Below, in pieces: positions 1 to 12,900 of a DNA stretch of 64,000 nt. This DNA is from Minutocellus sp. GHC0000111. Its lineage: Eukaryota. Made by a program: the position numbers and the translations under genes. The notes beneath the pieces are model-generated. The model was not told where the DNA came from. It was given only the letters and a program-made list of their open reading frames with translations, and made no database searches. The stretch lies in the NCBI GenBank assembly GCA_977018835.1, contig OZ361256.1, positions 5,828,001 through 5,892,000 of the forward strand. Reading direction: 5' to 3'. The first letter of the stretch is position 1. The number at the start of each line of letters is the position of its first letter.

Positions 1-354
1 GGTTACTTGGAGAAGACGGAGCCATCATGGCTGGAACGATGAGATTAGGGGGCGTATCTTCTTTGCCCTCTCAACTATCGGTCGTTGACATGACACGAGA
101 GATGTGCCACTTTTGTGACGAGGTGAGTGACGCTGTTGAAGTGAGTTCTCCGGGTTTCTTTCAGCTTCGACATACATCGACATCGACAAGATGACAGAAA
201 GATGATGGCGCCAGCAGCAGCAGCAGCGGAAGAAGCAACGGGCGTATGCTATGCACTAGCTTCATGAAAAAGAGCACAGGAGCCATGTGAGATACGACGT
301 GATAATTATCGTGCGCCGCAGGCGTGATTGCTGGCGATGTATCAAAAGATTATT

Positions 355-990
355 TTATGACACATCTTTGGCGCCTGCAACATCCTCCTCCTCGGCATCC
401 GCAGGTAGTCCAGCTCCCGTACTGGCATCCTCGTCCTCGTCCTCGTCGTCAGAAGTGGCAGGGGTCAGGGCACCGGGAGCGGTAACGTTGGAGGACTCGG
501 TGTATCGATACAGCAGGGTGCCGTGAGAATTGGATTCCAGAATTCCTCCACCCTTGCGGCACGTACGCGACATCTTGGTGCGATTGATCGAAGTTAGGCG
601 GGCGGCGTCGCTGCACGAGTTGAAGAGGTGGACGCGAACATTCGTCTTGGGATCGACGGCCTCGACCTCTCGGGGGGTGTTGGTGGTCAGCGCCACCCTA
701 CCGTCCTTCTTGCTGGTGAAGTGAAGCTCTTCGCCGCTGGTCGTGAAGCGCTGCTGGCATTTGCGGCCGCCGGCCTCGAGACTGGCTACATTGACATCTG
801 CCGCCTGGATAGCGGGCTTGACGACGGGCGTGGCCTTGGTAGCCTTGGTAGTCTTGGTAGCCTTGGCCGCCTTGGACTTGGGCTTGTTGGCATCCTTCCT
901 CTTGGAGGGCTTGACCCATCCTGGAGGTTTGGGCTTGTTCTTGCTGCCCTTGGGCCGGCCCCTTCCCCTCTTCTTGGGCTTGTCGCGCAA
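355..990 (-). pseudogene. Partial duplicate of the 3' part of the AT-hook/NUMOD1-like gene at 3499-5954, with a different acidic tail
   Basis: About 503-985 is nearly identical to about 3734-4210 (KPKKRGRGRPKG...LLYRYTE; 9-bp indel in the KAT repeat). No ATG of its own; a possible CAG acceptor lies at 993-991. Confidence 0.75.
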
Positions 991-1173
991 CTGTGAACAA
1001 TGTTTTTTGGTGATCTGGCCGGCTGGCTCTCTGTGAAAATTTCATCTGTCCAATCATACTCGCATCAAGCAACCGAGGACCGTGGAATCTCATCGAATCT
1101 AAGAAGATAGTCTTCTATTGTTCGAAAAACCCAGTTGCAACAAGCCTCTTCCAACCAGAACGCATCCATCAAA

Positions 1174-3267
1174 ATGAGAAGAGTATCCACTGGACTTAGT
1201 TCGGTCACTATTCTCTCAAGTGTTCACGGTCGGCAGCGTCGTGCTGAGCGGCTTATCGACAAGCGAGACTTGAAGGCCGCCGTGAAATATGGGAAGGAGG
1301 AATCCAGTTACAACCAGAGAGGAGAACGAAAGTATAAGTATACCTTTGCTGATGTGGTTTACATCGCTGATCTTACTTCTCGGAAGGAGATCACGGCCTG
1401 GGCGGTCCCAGGAGCAGGTCTAGACGTTGCGAAGCATCCCATTACAACCGTTACCAAAAGAGAGCATAAGGAAGCCCGCCGGACCATTCAACGTGATAAG
1501 TCCTCTTGGACATCTCACACTGTCATTATCGTGGATCAATCTGGCTCCATGCGCAAAACTGACGTCGAGGGTGGTGCGACACGAAGTGATGCTGTTTGGC
1601 TCACGCTGGCAGTTGATTTTGTTGCGAAGAAGATTGATTCCGGCCAAGCCACGAGATCCGATGTGGTCTCGATTGTTGCCATGGGAATATCGCATACTGT
1701 CTTGGTGGACAAGATGCCACATGATTGGTTACTTTTCAATAAAGTCATTGATCTCTTGCGGTCTCAGGAGCCTTTCTTCAATGGAAATTACCTGCCATCC
1801 CTCGATGCTGCAGAGGAGCTCCTGCTTGCGAATACGTACGGCAACTGTACTCTAGATCTTTTTTTCCTGAGCGATGGAAAGCCTAGTGATCAAATCCCAC
1901 GCAAGCTCGTCAGCCATAACGACTGTAATCGCGCTCATGTCGATATGATGGGGGCGAGGATTGACCGACTAGCAAGTAGATTTGGAAGGCGCCTTAGCGT
2001 CACGGCCGTAGGATTTGCCGGTCCATCAGAAGACTTCACAGTGCTGCGAAGGCTCGCAGAACGCCCTGCTCTTTGGTAGCCATGGGCGCTTCATTGCTGC
2101 TCGGTTGAATGCCGAAGCCTAGGTGCCGCGTTCGATTCGGCTATATCTTCATCTCTACAGACGAAGTCCGAACTCACAGCCATAGGTGGCATGTCACAGC
2201 GAACTGTTCGCGATGTCCGTCGCAAAGCTCGCGACACTGTTGGGTACGATAGCAAGCCAAATGAGAACTGGTATGTTTATCGTGGAAAATCCTGGAGGAA
2301 TGGGGAGCGTCTCCGGTACGATGTGAAGGCAAAGAAATGGGAACCCATGCCCCCTCTCAGCTCTGCTGCAATTGGAGTAGCTCTTGAGCACTCATTCTTT
2401 GGTGAAGGCGCTGAGCGTCTAGTGCGAGAATTTCGTGAAAAAGGATCCAATGGACTCTTCACTGGTGAGAAATTGGTAGCGAAGGAAAGCCGCTTTCAGA
2501 TGGACGTTGAGAACACCAACCGTCGTGATATTATTGAATTTCATAGAAACTTTTGCGACACGCAGCATCGTGCACAGCGACTTGCTGAGGTCTTCAACAG
2601 CCGACTTGAGAGACTTCCTGGATATGATCCTCTAACGACTCCTCTGATCTCTTTTCTTGAGTGCTCGGTTTACGTAGTTCATGATCGCAACTTTGGGAGG
2701 ATGAGTGCTCTTGTTGAGAAGCAGCTGGACCCCTCAAAATATAAGAAATGGAATGATAATCAGGGAGGAGTTGATGGTCAAGTCGTTGTCGGGCACAATG
2801 AGACGAGTAATGCCTTTGGTGACTTCGGTGGATTAGCCCTTGATGCGATTACTGAACTCGATGAAGATGAAGAGGATTCAGAAGAAGATGATGATGACAG
2901 CGAGGTCGAGCTTGGTTGTGACGAAAAAATCAACATCGATGATATTCCTCAAGCCTTTTCTCACTTCACGTACAGACATACCCATAGACGAGTTCTAGTC
3001 TGTGATCTGCAGGGTGTGCTCTCCGAATCTCCGCCGTTGTTTGAGCTAACCGATCCTGTCATCCACTTCAAGTCCCATCGTCGTCGAGGGAAGACATTTG
3101 GTAGAACTGACCATGGAAAGGATGGCATCGATGATTTCTTCCGAACTCATGATTGCGGCCCTCTATGTCGAATGCTGAACCGCAGATGGGTCCGTAGAGT
3201 TGGCGCACAGCAGCGTTCTTCTCATCTTGACGGCCTGGAAGAGGCAGTGTCCAACCTCAACATCTGA
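1174..3267 (+). CDS. DUF4258-like + vWA + alpha-kinase (eEF2K/MHCK family) protein, interrupted by two compensating frameshifts near 2072 and 2119
   Basis: vWA MIDAS motif VIIVDQSGSM and FFLSDG. Alpha-kinase motifs FGEGAER, VAKES, KWNDNQG, PQAFSHFTY, VCDLQG, LTDPVIH, FGRTDHG, HDCGPLC. The +1 frame FGSHGRFIAARLNAEA bridges ORFs 1135-2079 and 2191-3267. Confidence 0.85.
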
Positions 3268-3498
3268 AATGATGAATGAATGTGTTTCGTCTCCTGCTCG
3301 AGCTAGTAGGTGCGTATAGCTGCACTGAATAGAATTCAAATAGAAATAGAAGTAATTGCACACATGTGACCTACGTTTATCCGTACCAATCCATCTCACT
3401 CCCTCTTTGCATGCCCAACTCGATTGCCCACTCGATTCCCTACCTATCAGTCAATTCCAATCGATTGTCTCCATGATAAAAGATTGATCTCCGTCATT

Positions 3499-5954
3499 CT
3501 AGACCGAGAATGAGTTGGATTCCTCCTTTCTCTGAGCCTTGACGGCCTCGGCGTATGCTGTAGCATCTCCAGCCGCGACGGCAGCGGCGACTGCTGCAGC
3601 GGCAAGGGCGGCGGTGTCTTGATCTTCTCCGTCACCTCCAAAGGCGTCGCCGATAGTGGTCGTAGCGTCATCGTCGTAGTCACTATCGAAGTCGGAGGCG
3701 TCGCCGGTACTCGTACCGGGAGCAGGGTTTTCCGTGTACCGATACAGGAGGGTGCCGTGAGAATTGCTCTCGAGGATTCCTCCACCCTTACGACAGGTCC
3801 TAGAAAGCTTGGTGCGATTGATCGAAGTTAGGCGGGCGGCGTCGCTGCACGAGTTGAAGAGGTGGACGCGAACATTCGTCTTGGGATCGACGGCCTCGAC
3901 CTCTCGGGGGGTGTTGGTGGTCAGCGCCACCCTACCGTCCTTCTTGCTGGTGAAGTGAAGCTCTTCGCCGCTGGTCGTGAAGCGCTGCTGGCATTTGCGG
4001 CCGCCGGCCTCGAGACTGGCTACATTGACATCCGCCGCCTGGATGGCGGGCTTGACGACGGGCGTGGCCTTGGTAGTCTTGGTAGCCTTGGCCGCCTTGG
4101 ACTTGGGCTTGTTGGCATCCTTCCTCTTGGAGGGCTTGACCCATCCTGGAGGTTTGGGTTTGTTCTTGCTGCCCTTGGGCCGGCCCCTTCCCCTCTTCTT
4201 GGGTTTGTCGGTGGCGGCAGCGGCGGTGGAAGTGCCGTTGCCCCCGACAGCAGTCGCAGCACTGGCTGCCATCATACCCGGACCTGCGCCACCAGCAGCG
4301 CTGCTTCCGGGAGCTCTTCCGTGATACTGATCGAGCGATTCCGCCGGATGATAAACGAAGGGCTGACCAGGATGATACAGTCCTGGGCCAGGCAGACCCT
4401 GACCGGTCAAGGATGGGAGCTCCTGTCCAGGCAGAGGTGGCATTTCGAACCCCAGCCCTTCCTGGCCGGAGAGTGCTGGCATCTTTGTCTCCGTTCCAGG
4501 GAGTGGTGGCAAGGGCGGCATATCGAATTCGGTGCCACCGCCTGCAGCAGCAGCATCGTCGGTGAGCATCGAATTGGCCGCCGCATTCTTCTGGCGGCGC
4601 TCCTGCTCCTCCTGTAGCTTCTGCTGCTGGACCTTCATTTGGGCCCAGATCTCTCCGCCGTGCTTGACGATGGGGTGCTGCGAGAAGGGCAGCGGGAAGG
4701 GTACCGGAGCCATTCCGCCCATACCAAAGTGAGGAGGAACAAAGGGGTGCTGCTGCTGCAACTGGCTCATCAGCTGCGGATTGTGGTGATAAAAGGCCAT
4801 GGGAACGGAACCACCCGCCGACTGCAGGGATGGAGGCGAAGGCTTGTGAAGGAATTGGGGGCGAACGGTGAGATGTCCCGACGCCGCCAGAGATGTCGAT
4901 GCCAACAACTGGCTCATCGTATACTGAGAAACAGGATCGAGATGAAGAGCCGACTTGGAGAGCTTGGGCATAGGAGGGGCGGCCTTGGCCGGAGGATCGT
5001 CATCGGTCTTGGCATCGTCCTTGAGCGAGACCGTCGAGGAAACAGCGGCGACCTCCGCCAGAGCAGCGAGGCTGGGAGGAGGGGTACGAATCACCTTGGG
5101 CGCCGCCGTCATTGCAGGTGGAGCCGTTGGAGGAGCCACAAGGGGTGGAGGCATTGTGGCAATGGGTGGCATAGAAAGGGGTGGAGGCATTGCAGCGAGG
5201 TTGGTGGGAAAGGCTGCCGAAGGAGGTGCCGCAAATGGCGCCGGAGCTGCCATGGGTGCTGGAAGTGGAGCCGCTGGGAATGGAGCCGGTGCTGGCATGG
5301 GTGGCAACGGAGCTGCTGCGATCGCCGCCGCTACCGCCGGAGGAGCTGGTACTGGTGCTCCCGGATGAGGTGGCGCCGCCGCAAACGGGGCTGGTGGGGG
5401 TGGCAGACCATATGGTGGCACCATTGGAAACGCCGCAGCTGGTGCAGCAGCTGGAAGGGGTGGGAGAGGCGGCATCGGAGCGTCCGGAGCCGTCAGAGGA
5501 GCTGCAACTGGTGCAGCTGGAAGAGGTGGGAGGGGTAGAAGCTCTGGCTCCTTGAGGTCGAGGAGGCCATCGTTGCCTCCTCCTCCTCCTCCTCCGCCGC
5601 CGCCAAGGATGCCCTCCTCGGACGTGAGGCTGGGACTGGGCTTGAGGGGACTCGGCTCGAGCATGGCATCGATACCATCGTCGTCGCGAGGTGGTGGGAT
5701 GAAGGTATCATCCTGAGGCGGGGGTGGCGTGAACAGAGAATAATAAAGAAGAAAAGGGAAAGATATTGTGAGTTGATCTGCGCTGAATCCTTGGCTCGCC
5801 CTACGCCTCGATCGGTCGCACAATAACAACAACAACAGCAGCAGCAGCAGCAACAACAACAACAACAGCAACAATCAGTTCTGATCGATCTTTATCTTGC
5901 AATAAAATGACTTACCTTCGCGTCTACGAGATGATTTCTCATATCTATATTCAT
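3499..5954 (-). CDS. Pro/Ala-rich nuclear protein with AT-hook and NUMOD1-like HTH; exons 5954-5916 and 5712-3499
   Basis: KRGRGRPKG AT-hook; VEAVDPKT..HLFNSCSDAARLTSINRTKLSRTCR resembles NUMOD1/IENR1. The phase-0 intron GTAAGT(5915)..CAG(5713) joins MNIDMRNHLVDAK to DDTFIPP. Confidence 0.75.
5821..5873. repeat. AAC/CAG trinucleotide microsatellite (intronic)
   Basis: Directly visible (aac)n(agc)n(aac)n; it explains the spurious poly-Leu start of ORF 3499-5874. Confidence 0.9.
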
Positions 5955-6333
5955 ACTGGGTCTGTTGAAAGAAAAGGTTAGCTGGGTGGTGGTGCTTCTG
6001 CCTTGTGCTATGCTGTGAGGATTGTTTGCTTTGAAAAAGCTGATGTTCTTGACACGACCAGTCGTTTGAAAAATGAATCATCATCCTTATTTCAAAACAG
6101 TATCGGCACCATCGATTTTCATTGCGAAAGGAAGAGTCATAGTGGAGTGGAATAGTTCTCGGCCGCACTGGCAACCGTTTGTGTCTTGAAGTCTGGAACC
6201 ACTGAAAATTCTGGATCCCAACGGGCGAGAGTCACCACCAGGAGCAAGCTCATTTTTATTTTTGGCCCAACCGGTCAGACACCAACCGAAAATCCCAGAT
6301 CCTTGCATCATTCGAAGTAGACCTACTAGAACG

Positions 6334-8357
6334 ATGAGCAACAACAACAACAATACCGGTAGCACGTCGCCCCCCGCCGCCGCTGCTGCTCCCTCGGCAA
6401 TCCCTTCGCCTCCCCGGACCAGGCGGATCACGACACCCGTTCCTGCGATCGGCGTCGACGAAAATATCTCTCCCAATGCCAATACCGGCCTCGTCGCCAC
6501 CTCTACCTCTTTCACCACTTCTTCCACCTCGGGCGGTCTCTTCGGTGCCCTTCCTGGTGTCTGGAGAGGTGACAGTGCTGTTCCTCGCTACTACCATCCG
6601 GTCAATGGCCTCGACGTCAACAGCATTGGCTTTGACGAGCGACGCGTTCTGACCGCCCCCGATTTCCAGCCCGTTGTGTTTGATGGCAGCGGCGGTCAGC
6701 AGCAGCAGCAGCAGCACGACACTCCCCAAGCCGTCGTTACCACCGGCGATCCCCTTTCGTCGCTGTCCATCGATCCGCTGGCGTGCTGCCTCAGCCACCT
6801 GTCCGCTCTCGATATCGATTCGCTCCGTCTCACGTCCAAGTCGAGTCTTGCCCAGTGCACCTCGTCGCCGGTCTGGCGACTTCACTGTCTTCGTACCGGC
6901 AAGCTCCTCCCACAGGACAACGTCCCACCCATCACCTCGTCCTCACATATCAGAGAGGCCGTGTCGCAGCTTCCGTCCTCGCAGGACGATCGATTCTTCG
7001 ACTTGTATCGGTCGACCATCTGCGTCCCCGAGGATTGTGGAACGTTGGCCGCTGCCATTCGACTCGCCGTCCTCAAGGATATCAAGGTCATCACTCTCAT
7101 GCCAGGGGAATACCGTGAGCGCATTGCCATTGATGGTGACTTCATTGAGGATATTGTTGCCACTGTTTCGAGTGATGGTGGTAGTTCCTCTGCTGGTCGT
7201 CGCAGCAGCAGCGTGCTTGCGGCTGCAGGCAACATCCTTCGCGGAAGATCCAGCCGCTCAACTCGCTCCACCTCTCGCGCCGACAGCTCCTCCGCCCGCT
7301 TCAACGAGATCATGGAGCAAGGTATCAACCTCGAGATTCGGGCAGGTATGCTGAGTTCAGTTTATTTATCCTTGAGACACTTTCTTTCCTCTCTCTCTAA
7401 CTCTCAATCTCTCACGTACACTCATTCGTTTCGTCGACATCCATTTTTCTATCTCTTTCATTTCATACAGCCAACCCCCGCCTCTTGACGACGTTGGTTC
7501 ATATCAGCGGCACTGCCGACGGCAACGGCAGAAACAACGCTGCTCCCGCCGTGTCCATCGAGATGAATCCCAACTCCAACCTCGAGGCCATGATGCTCTC
7601 GGACGAAGGAGCTGGTATCCGCCTCACTCTGTCCAATTTGACAATTGTGAGTTCAGTGCCAGGTACGGACATCTGGACGACCAACACGGCGATTCGTGCC
7701 AGTGGGAATGGTGTGGCCCTTAATACTCGAAACTGCCTGATCACCTCCATTTCCGGTCGCGGCATTGTCATTACCGGAGGGGGCTCTGGTGATCTGGTCA
7801 ATACCACGGTGTTCAACTGTGCTGCAACCGGCATTTTCGTCGGGGATGAAGACGCAGAAGTGACCCTGACGCACTGCAACGTGGTGAATTGTGGCTATGG
7901 TGGTCGACCCATCGCCTCGTCGTCCTCTCGTTCGCCTGTCAGTACGACCGGGCCTACTTCTGCTCTTCTAAAGGTCGTTGAGAGCAGTATGCGTATTCAG
8001 ACTCTTCCGGTGACCTTTGGGAACGAAAGCATCGTTCCCAGCGGTCACAGCGGAATCTACGTTGAAGCGGCTGACATGGTTCTGGAGGATTCTTTGATTT
8101 CTGGTTCTTGTCTTACTGGCATCACGGCTGTTCGTGGAGGTCGTGTGGTGCTGACCGGCTGCGATCTCGCTGATAATGCTGCCGAGGATATTTCCACGCA
8201 GGATTCATTCCTAGTGGAACGGGCCCAGCTCAACGAACTGGACGAGAATATGGACGGAACCGTCCATCACGAAGAGGCGAAGCCGAACAGGTTCCATGGC
8301 CAGTTTGATTCGCGTGATGATTGGCCAAGCAAGATCTTCCGTCGCTTCGATGAGTGA
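6334..8357 (+). CDS. F-box-like + right-handed beta-helix (pectin lyase-like) protein; intron 7346-7470
   Basis: LSIDPLACCLSHLSALDIDSLRLTSK is F-box-like; ICVPEDCGTLAAAI..LMPGEYRERI and the GI-x-V repeats are beta-helix type. The GT..CAG intron restores the frame (EIRA-ANPRLL). Confidence 0.7.
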
Positions 8358-8472
8358 GGGACGCTGTACTGCCTGTTGAGTTGCTCCAGAGTGGCGGGAT
8401 ACGGGTTGGTTGAATTGAGCATTAACGAATAGCTTAGGTTAATGCTATAGCAGTCAATACCTTACATACCAG

Positions 8473-8796
8473 TCACCTCTCGTACAGAAGCTCAACAGTA
8501 ATCTTGCTACCAAATAGACTTTTGTTTCCGTCGAGAAGAGTTGCGCAGCCTCGAGCCTCCCATACCTTGGCGAATTGCACATCGAAAGTACCACCTCCAG
8601 TATTTTGCTCTACTCGAATAATCGATTCATCCTCATCATCCTGCAACGCTTCCTTCAGTTGGTCCTTGACATCCATCCTCCCAATATTTTGAGGAACGCC
8701 AGAAATACAAACCCAAGTAGTGGGTTTGGGAAATAACTCCTCCAATCCTCCGCCCAAGACAGTGCCAAGCTCGATCGGCTGCAACGAATAGTACAA
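8473..8796 (-). CDS. RRM-like domain ORF (5' end unresolved)
   Basis: WVCISGVPQNIGRMDVKDQL...FDVQFAKVWEARGCATLLDG...KITVE matches the RRM layout; no clear ATG. Confidence 0.45.
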   Translation of the reverse strand: MYYSLQPIELGTVLGGGLEELFPKPTTWVCISGVPQNIGRMDVKDQLKEALQDDEDESIIRVEQNTGGGTFDVQFAKVWEARGCATLLDGNKSLFGSKITVELLYER

Positions 8797-8949
8797 TCAC
8801 TCACCTTCTCCATTTTGTGGAGTGCGGAAAGATGAGAGCTTCAAAGAAAAATGTTGATCGTTTGATGGTGCCTCATGTCGTGAGAGTACAGCGTCGGAAG
8901 CGAAGAGCCGCGGCAGTACAAGGAGCAGATACTACATGTGTAAGTTAAA

Positions 8950-9906
8950 ATGGCATGCCAGCCCTTGCATTCCATTATACAGCAACGCAATGCTACCCGC
9001 CTCCAACTCGCCCAACTCGAGAATGAGACAAACCACCTCGCAGCCTCCTTGATCCAGGGTTGCTTCCTCATAAAAAGCGCAAGGCGAAGGCTTCGCATAG
9101 AAAGGTCTCTTGCGATAATTCGCTCTGCCTCTCAACTTACTCTACGTCGGTGGCTCGATGTGCATGTAGACGCCGCTCCACTCTTTATCAACCCTGCCAT
9201 CACCTCCATTCTATACAACGATTATCAAGAATTGCTCCATCGACGAGATGTGCGTCGGCTGTTCTCCTTGCAGTCCCTCGAACTGTGCATCAAGTCTCTT
9301 GCGGATCGCATTGCGACCGATCATTACCAGAGTGCAACAGAAGTGCAGAGACGATTTAGAGGGGCGAGAGGACGGGCCCGCTATAAAAAATTAAGCGGCG
9401 ATCGAAGACGAAATCTTCGCATTCGCAATGAAAGTGCAACAAAGATTCAGCAGAGGGTACGGGGCTTTCAACAACGGCAGCAATATCGAACAAAGCTGCT
9501 CAAAATCTTCGAGCGCCAGCAACTTCAGAAATATCAGGAGGAAAGAAGGATAGACAAAGAACGCCGGGAAAGGGCCGAACTGAGATCCAAAATGATGAAA
9601 CTGTACGTTCATGAGCGCCAGTTGGACGAAAGCAGAAGGCTATTTTGGAATGTTTACGCTGAAACAGGAGCCAAGAGCAGTGGCCAAGCCAGCAATATCG
9701 ATGATACCGAGGAACTCACTGTTACGCTGACTTCGTGCAGCAAGGCATACCTGGCAGGCGATGGTGGCTACACTTCCGTGCCGAAGACTACTCAACGCTG
9801 CTCTGGCGCCGGCGGCCCTCCAGAAACGAAAAGAGTCGTCTCATTTGGGCCTACAACAGAGACAGATGGAACCGACGGACCCGATAGATTACTACTGGTA
9901 CTGTAG
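8950..9906 (+). CDS. IQ calmodulin-binding motif protein
   Basis: SATEVQRRFRGARGRARY and SATKIQQRVRGFQQRQQY, followed by a coiled coil. Confidence 0.7.
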   Translation: MACQPLHSIIQQRNATRLQLAQLENETNHLAASLIQGCFLIKSARRRLRIERSLAIIRSASQLTLRRWLDVHVDAAPLFINPAITSILYNDYQELLHRRDVRRLFSLQSLELCIKSLADRIATDHYQSATEVQRRFRGARGRARYKKLSGDRRRNLRIRNESATKIQQRVRGFQQRQQYRTKLLKIFERQQLQKYQEERRIDKERRERAELRSKMMKLYVHERQLDESRRLFWNVYAETGAKSSGQASNIDDTEELTVTLTSCSKAYLAGDGGYTSVPKTTQRCSGAGGPPETKRVVSFGPTTETDGTDGPDRLLLVL

Positions 9907-9985
9907 CCAATTGTGTCCACAAAAACTTTGTACTAGTATTACATAAGGTGTTTCTCTCTTTCAGCCTCCAAATCAGGACATGTAC

Positions 9986-12900
9986 TCAAGGTTCGATCGC
10001 CACCTCTCGGCGTGTCCTTGAACTCGATCTTTGACGAGAAGTGGACCGTTGCGCGGAGCTAGATCTCTGACGAGAGCTCGACCGTTGCACAGAGCTGGAT
10101 CTTTGTCTCGAGCTTGACCTCTGTCTCGAGCTTGATCTCTGCCTAGAACTAGCTCTTGCTGCTTCTACGGCATCCATACCAGAGGGGTCAATACTTCTGC
10201 CATCCGTTCCGGAGGGATCAATGCTTCTACTGCGGTGGATTTCCATTTCACTGGTGCGGGTCTTCGACGAAGAGCGAGTCCTCGATGAAGAGCGGGCATT
10301 TGACGAGGAGCGGGTTCTTGAAGAAGACCGGGTCCTCGAAGAAGAGCGGGTCTTCGAAGAAGATCTTTTGTGACTGGTCCTAGAAGGTTCACGCCTTGGT
10401 GCAACCGACCGCTCAAGACCATTTCTCTTGAGGTATTCTTTCTCAGATCGCATCTTTTCTTTGGCCTGGTGTACTTCCGTATCGATCCAGGCTTCCTCTA
10501 GCGACAGGTCATCCTTAAGCTCTTTGCGGGACATGTTTTTGAATCGCGAAGGAGATTGAGCTAGCGGGGCCTTGCTGTTTGAGAACGTTGCATTGGTGAT
10601 ACCGGATACCTCGGTGTGGTCATCGGCATCAATCGTCAGCCTGGGTGGAAGGCCGCTGCGACCTCTATCAGGGGTCCCGGCGACACCCTTCTGGGGTGTC
10701 ACAGATTTAGAAGTTCTACGCGTGGAGGATTGCCTCTTGGGGGTCGTCTTCTTGGCCCTCTCATCCTGGCTATCGACTGTTGTGAGCCAAACACGCTCGA
10801 GCAACTTGTCATCCTCCTCCTTCTTCTTGCGTCTCTTTTTCTCCCTCTTCCGCTCCATCTCGTTCTCCATCCTCTTCAGTTCCCGATCAACTTCCTTCTT
10901 GACAAAGATGAAGAACCGTTGGATGATCCTTGCTGCCTCATCCTCGGTCTGGCGAATCACGCAAATCCTCCAGGCCTGTTGGATCTTTCGAGATGCATTT
11001 CGCTCTCGCATGCTCTCCACGGCGTTGCTGACTGCAAGGGCGGCTTCTCTCCGCTGCTTGACCTCGTTCACTGCAATGTATCGACGTGCCACCGATTGAA
11101 TTACCGTCGCACTTTCTTGTTCTGACTTCAAAATGGTCTCTTCGCGCTCCAAAAAGGCTTCCTGCACTTTGAGGAAGGCAAGGTAGCGCCTCCATACAGA
11201 TTGGATTAGAGTTGCTGCTTCATCGTTTTTGCTGCGGACACGATTACCTCGATATCTACTCTGAATCTTGACCGCTGCCTTGTCTTCTTGGAGCCTTCGG
11301 GGGTACTCCTTCATTTCTAGCCACTTTCGTGCTACACTTTGAACGATAATGACATTGACGAGCGAATAGAGATACGCAATGTGGCAGCTGTAGCCACGGA
11401 AGGCAGCCTGAATGGTCGTTGCTGCCTTGGCTTCCCTGAGGGTCTTGACTCTGCGCTTTGCTAGCCAGTGCCGAGCGGTGCGCTGGGCAATGACAACATC
11501 GGCAATAGTAAAGACGTAGTCGGTGAAGCACTGGAATCCGCGCCAGGCACGCTGAATCTCCACAGCTGCGAGATATTCCTGCATTTCCTGGTAGTCACGT
11601 CGTGCGACATAGCCCCTCCACGCGGCCTGGATCTCTGTGGCTGTAAAGTACCACATCAACTGATTTCTGCTTAGATGGCCTCGGACCAGTCTCTGAATCT
11701 GAGTAGCGGACTCATTGCGACGCTGGTCGCGAAATGCCGGGTAGGCCTTCATCGCCATCCAGCGACGGACGGCGCTCTGAGCGATTAGAACATCGGCCAG
11801 TGTGTGCAGATAGATCATGGTGCAATCATATGAACGCCAAGCCGTCTGGATCTTAGTGGCAGCCATCGTCCGTCGTTCGTCGTCCAACCGCGCAGCTTCC
11901 CGATACGCCGCCTTTCGCCGGGCGATGCTCTGAACAATGATAATGTCAACAATGTCGAACTGATAGCTAAGCTGAGCTGAGTATGTTCTCCATGCCGTCT
12001 GTATGACGGTGGCTTGTCGGTGTCTCCGAAGCTCATCTAGCATCTTGTACACTCTGATACTGGCAATGTGTCCGCGCACGATGCGCTGCAGCTGCGTCGC
12101 GCAGTAGTGCTCATCTTCCAACGTATCGCGGGCAATCCACCCTCGAAAGGCGGCCTGGACCTGCGTGGCAGATTGCACGTGCGACCGCAAATGCCGCTCG
12201 GCTCTCCACCTCCGAACAAAGCACTGAATCCGAACCAAGGCTCGGAACATCGCAAGAGTTTTGCGCTGAGCAAGGTAACGCCGCACTTCCGTCTGAATGG
12301 GAATCGCTGCCGCCGACAAGAGTCGAATACCAGCCCGCTGAATAGGATCGAGGTTTGGGTCGTTCTGTACGTGGGCAGAAAATAAGAACGAGGAGATGAG
12401 TGAGCTGAAACCAAGAAAGGAAAGCAGGGAGAGGCAATGAAGTGAAGCTGCATCATACTTACGAAGTCAGGCTGAGTTGCCTTTTGTACAGGGGGTGCTT
12501 TCGTGCGGGGAGGACTCATCGTACTGTTCTTCAGAATGGATTGTGGCTTTTCAGCCTTCTTGCTCGACAATGTGCGCAGACCGCGGCCAGACAACGTCCT
12601 TCGATGCGAGCCCGCTCCACCTGGCGAGTTACTCGAAATAGACCTGGACGAGGAAATAGACCTGGACGAGGTGAGGCTTGGCTGGTAGATATCATTACCG
12701 CCATTTGAAGCCGCGGCGGCAAACCTCTGTGCCGATGACCGGCGGTCCATCCCTCTCTGCGCAAACCGATCAGTAAAGGAAGGCTTGGCGGATAAAGAGG
12801 GATCACCCAAGTCGATGAATTCCGACACACTCGGACCAGGACTGGGAGAGCGCATAGCCTCGACGGCATCCTGTGGCTTGGCATCAACGGCCGGCGGAGG

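Noticed and set aside
2076..2160. GT..AG intron that would remove the stop in the alpha-kinase gene
   Set aside because: Splicing creates an immediate TGA, and the interval translates sensibly in shifted frames.
10010..10362. CRISPR-like repeat array
   Set aside because: These are degenerate in-frame 18-bp coding repeats without unique spacers, in a eukaryotic gene.
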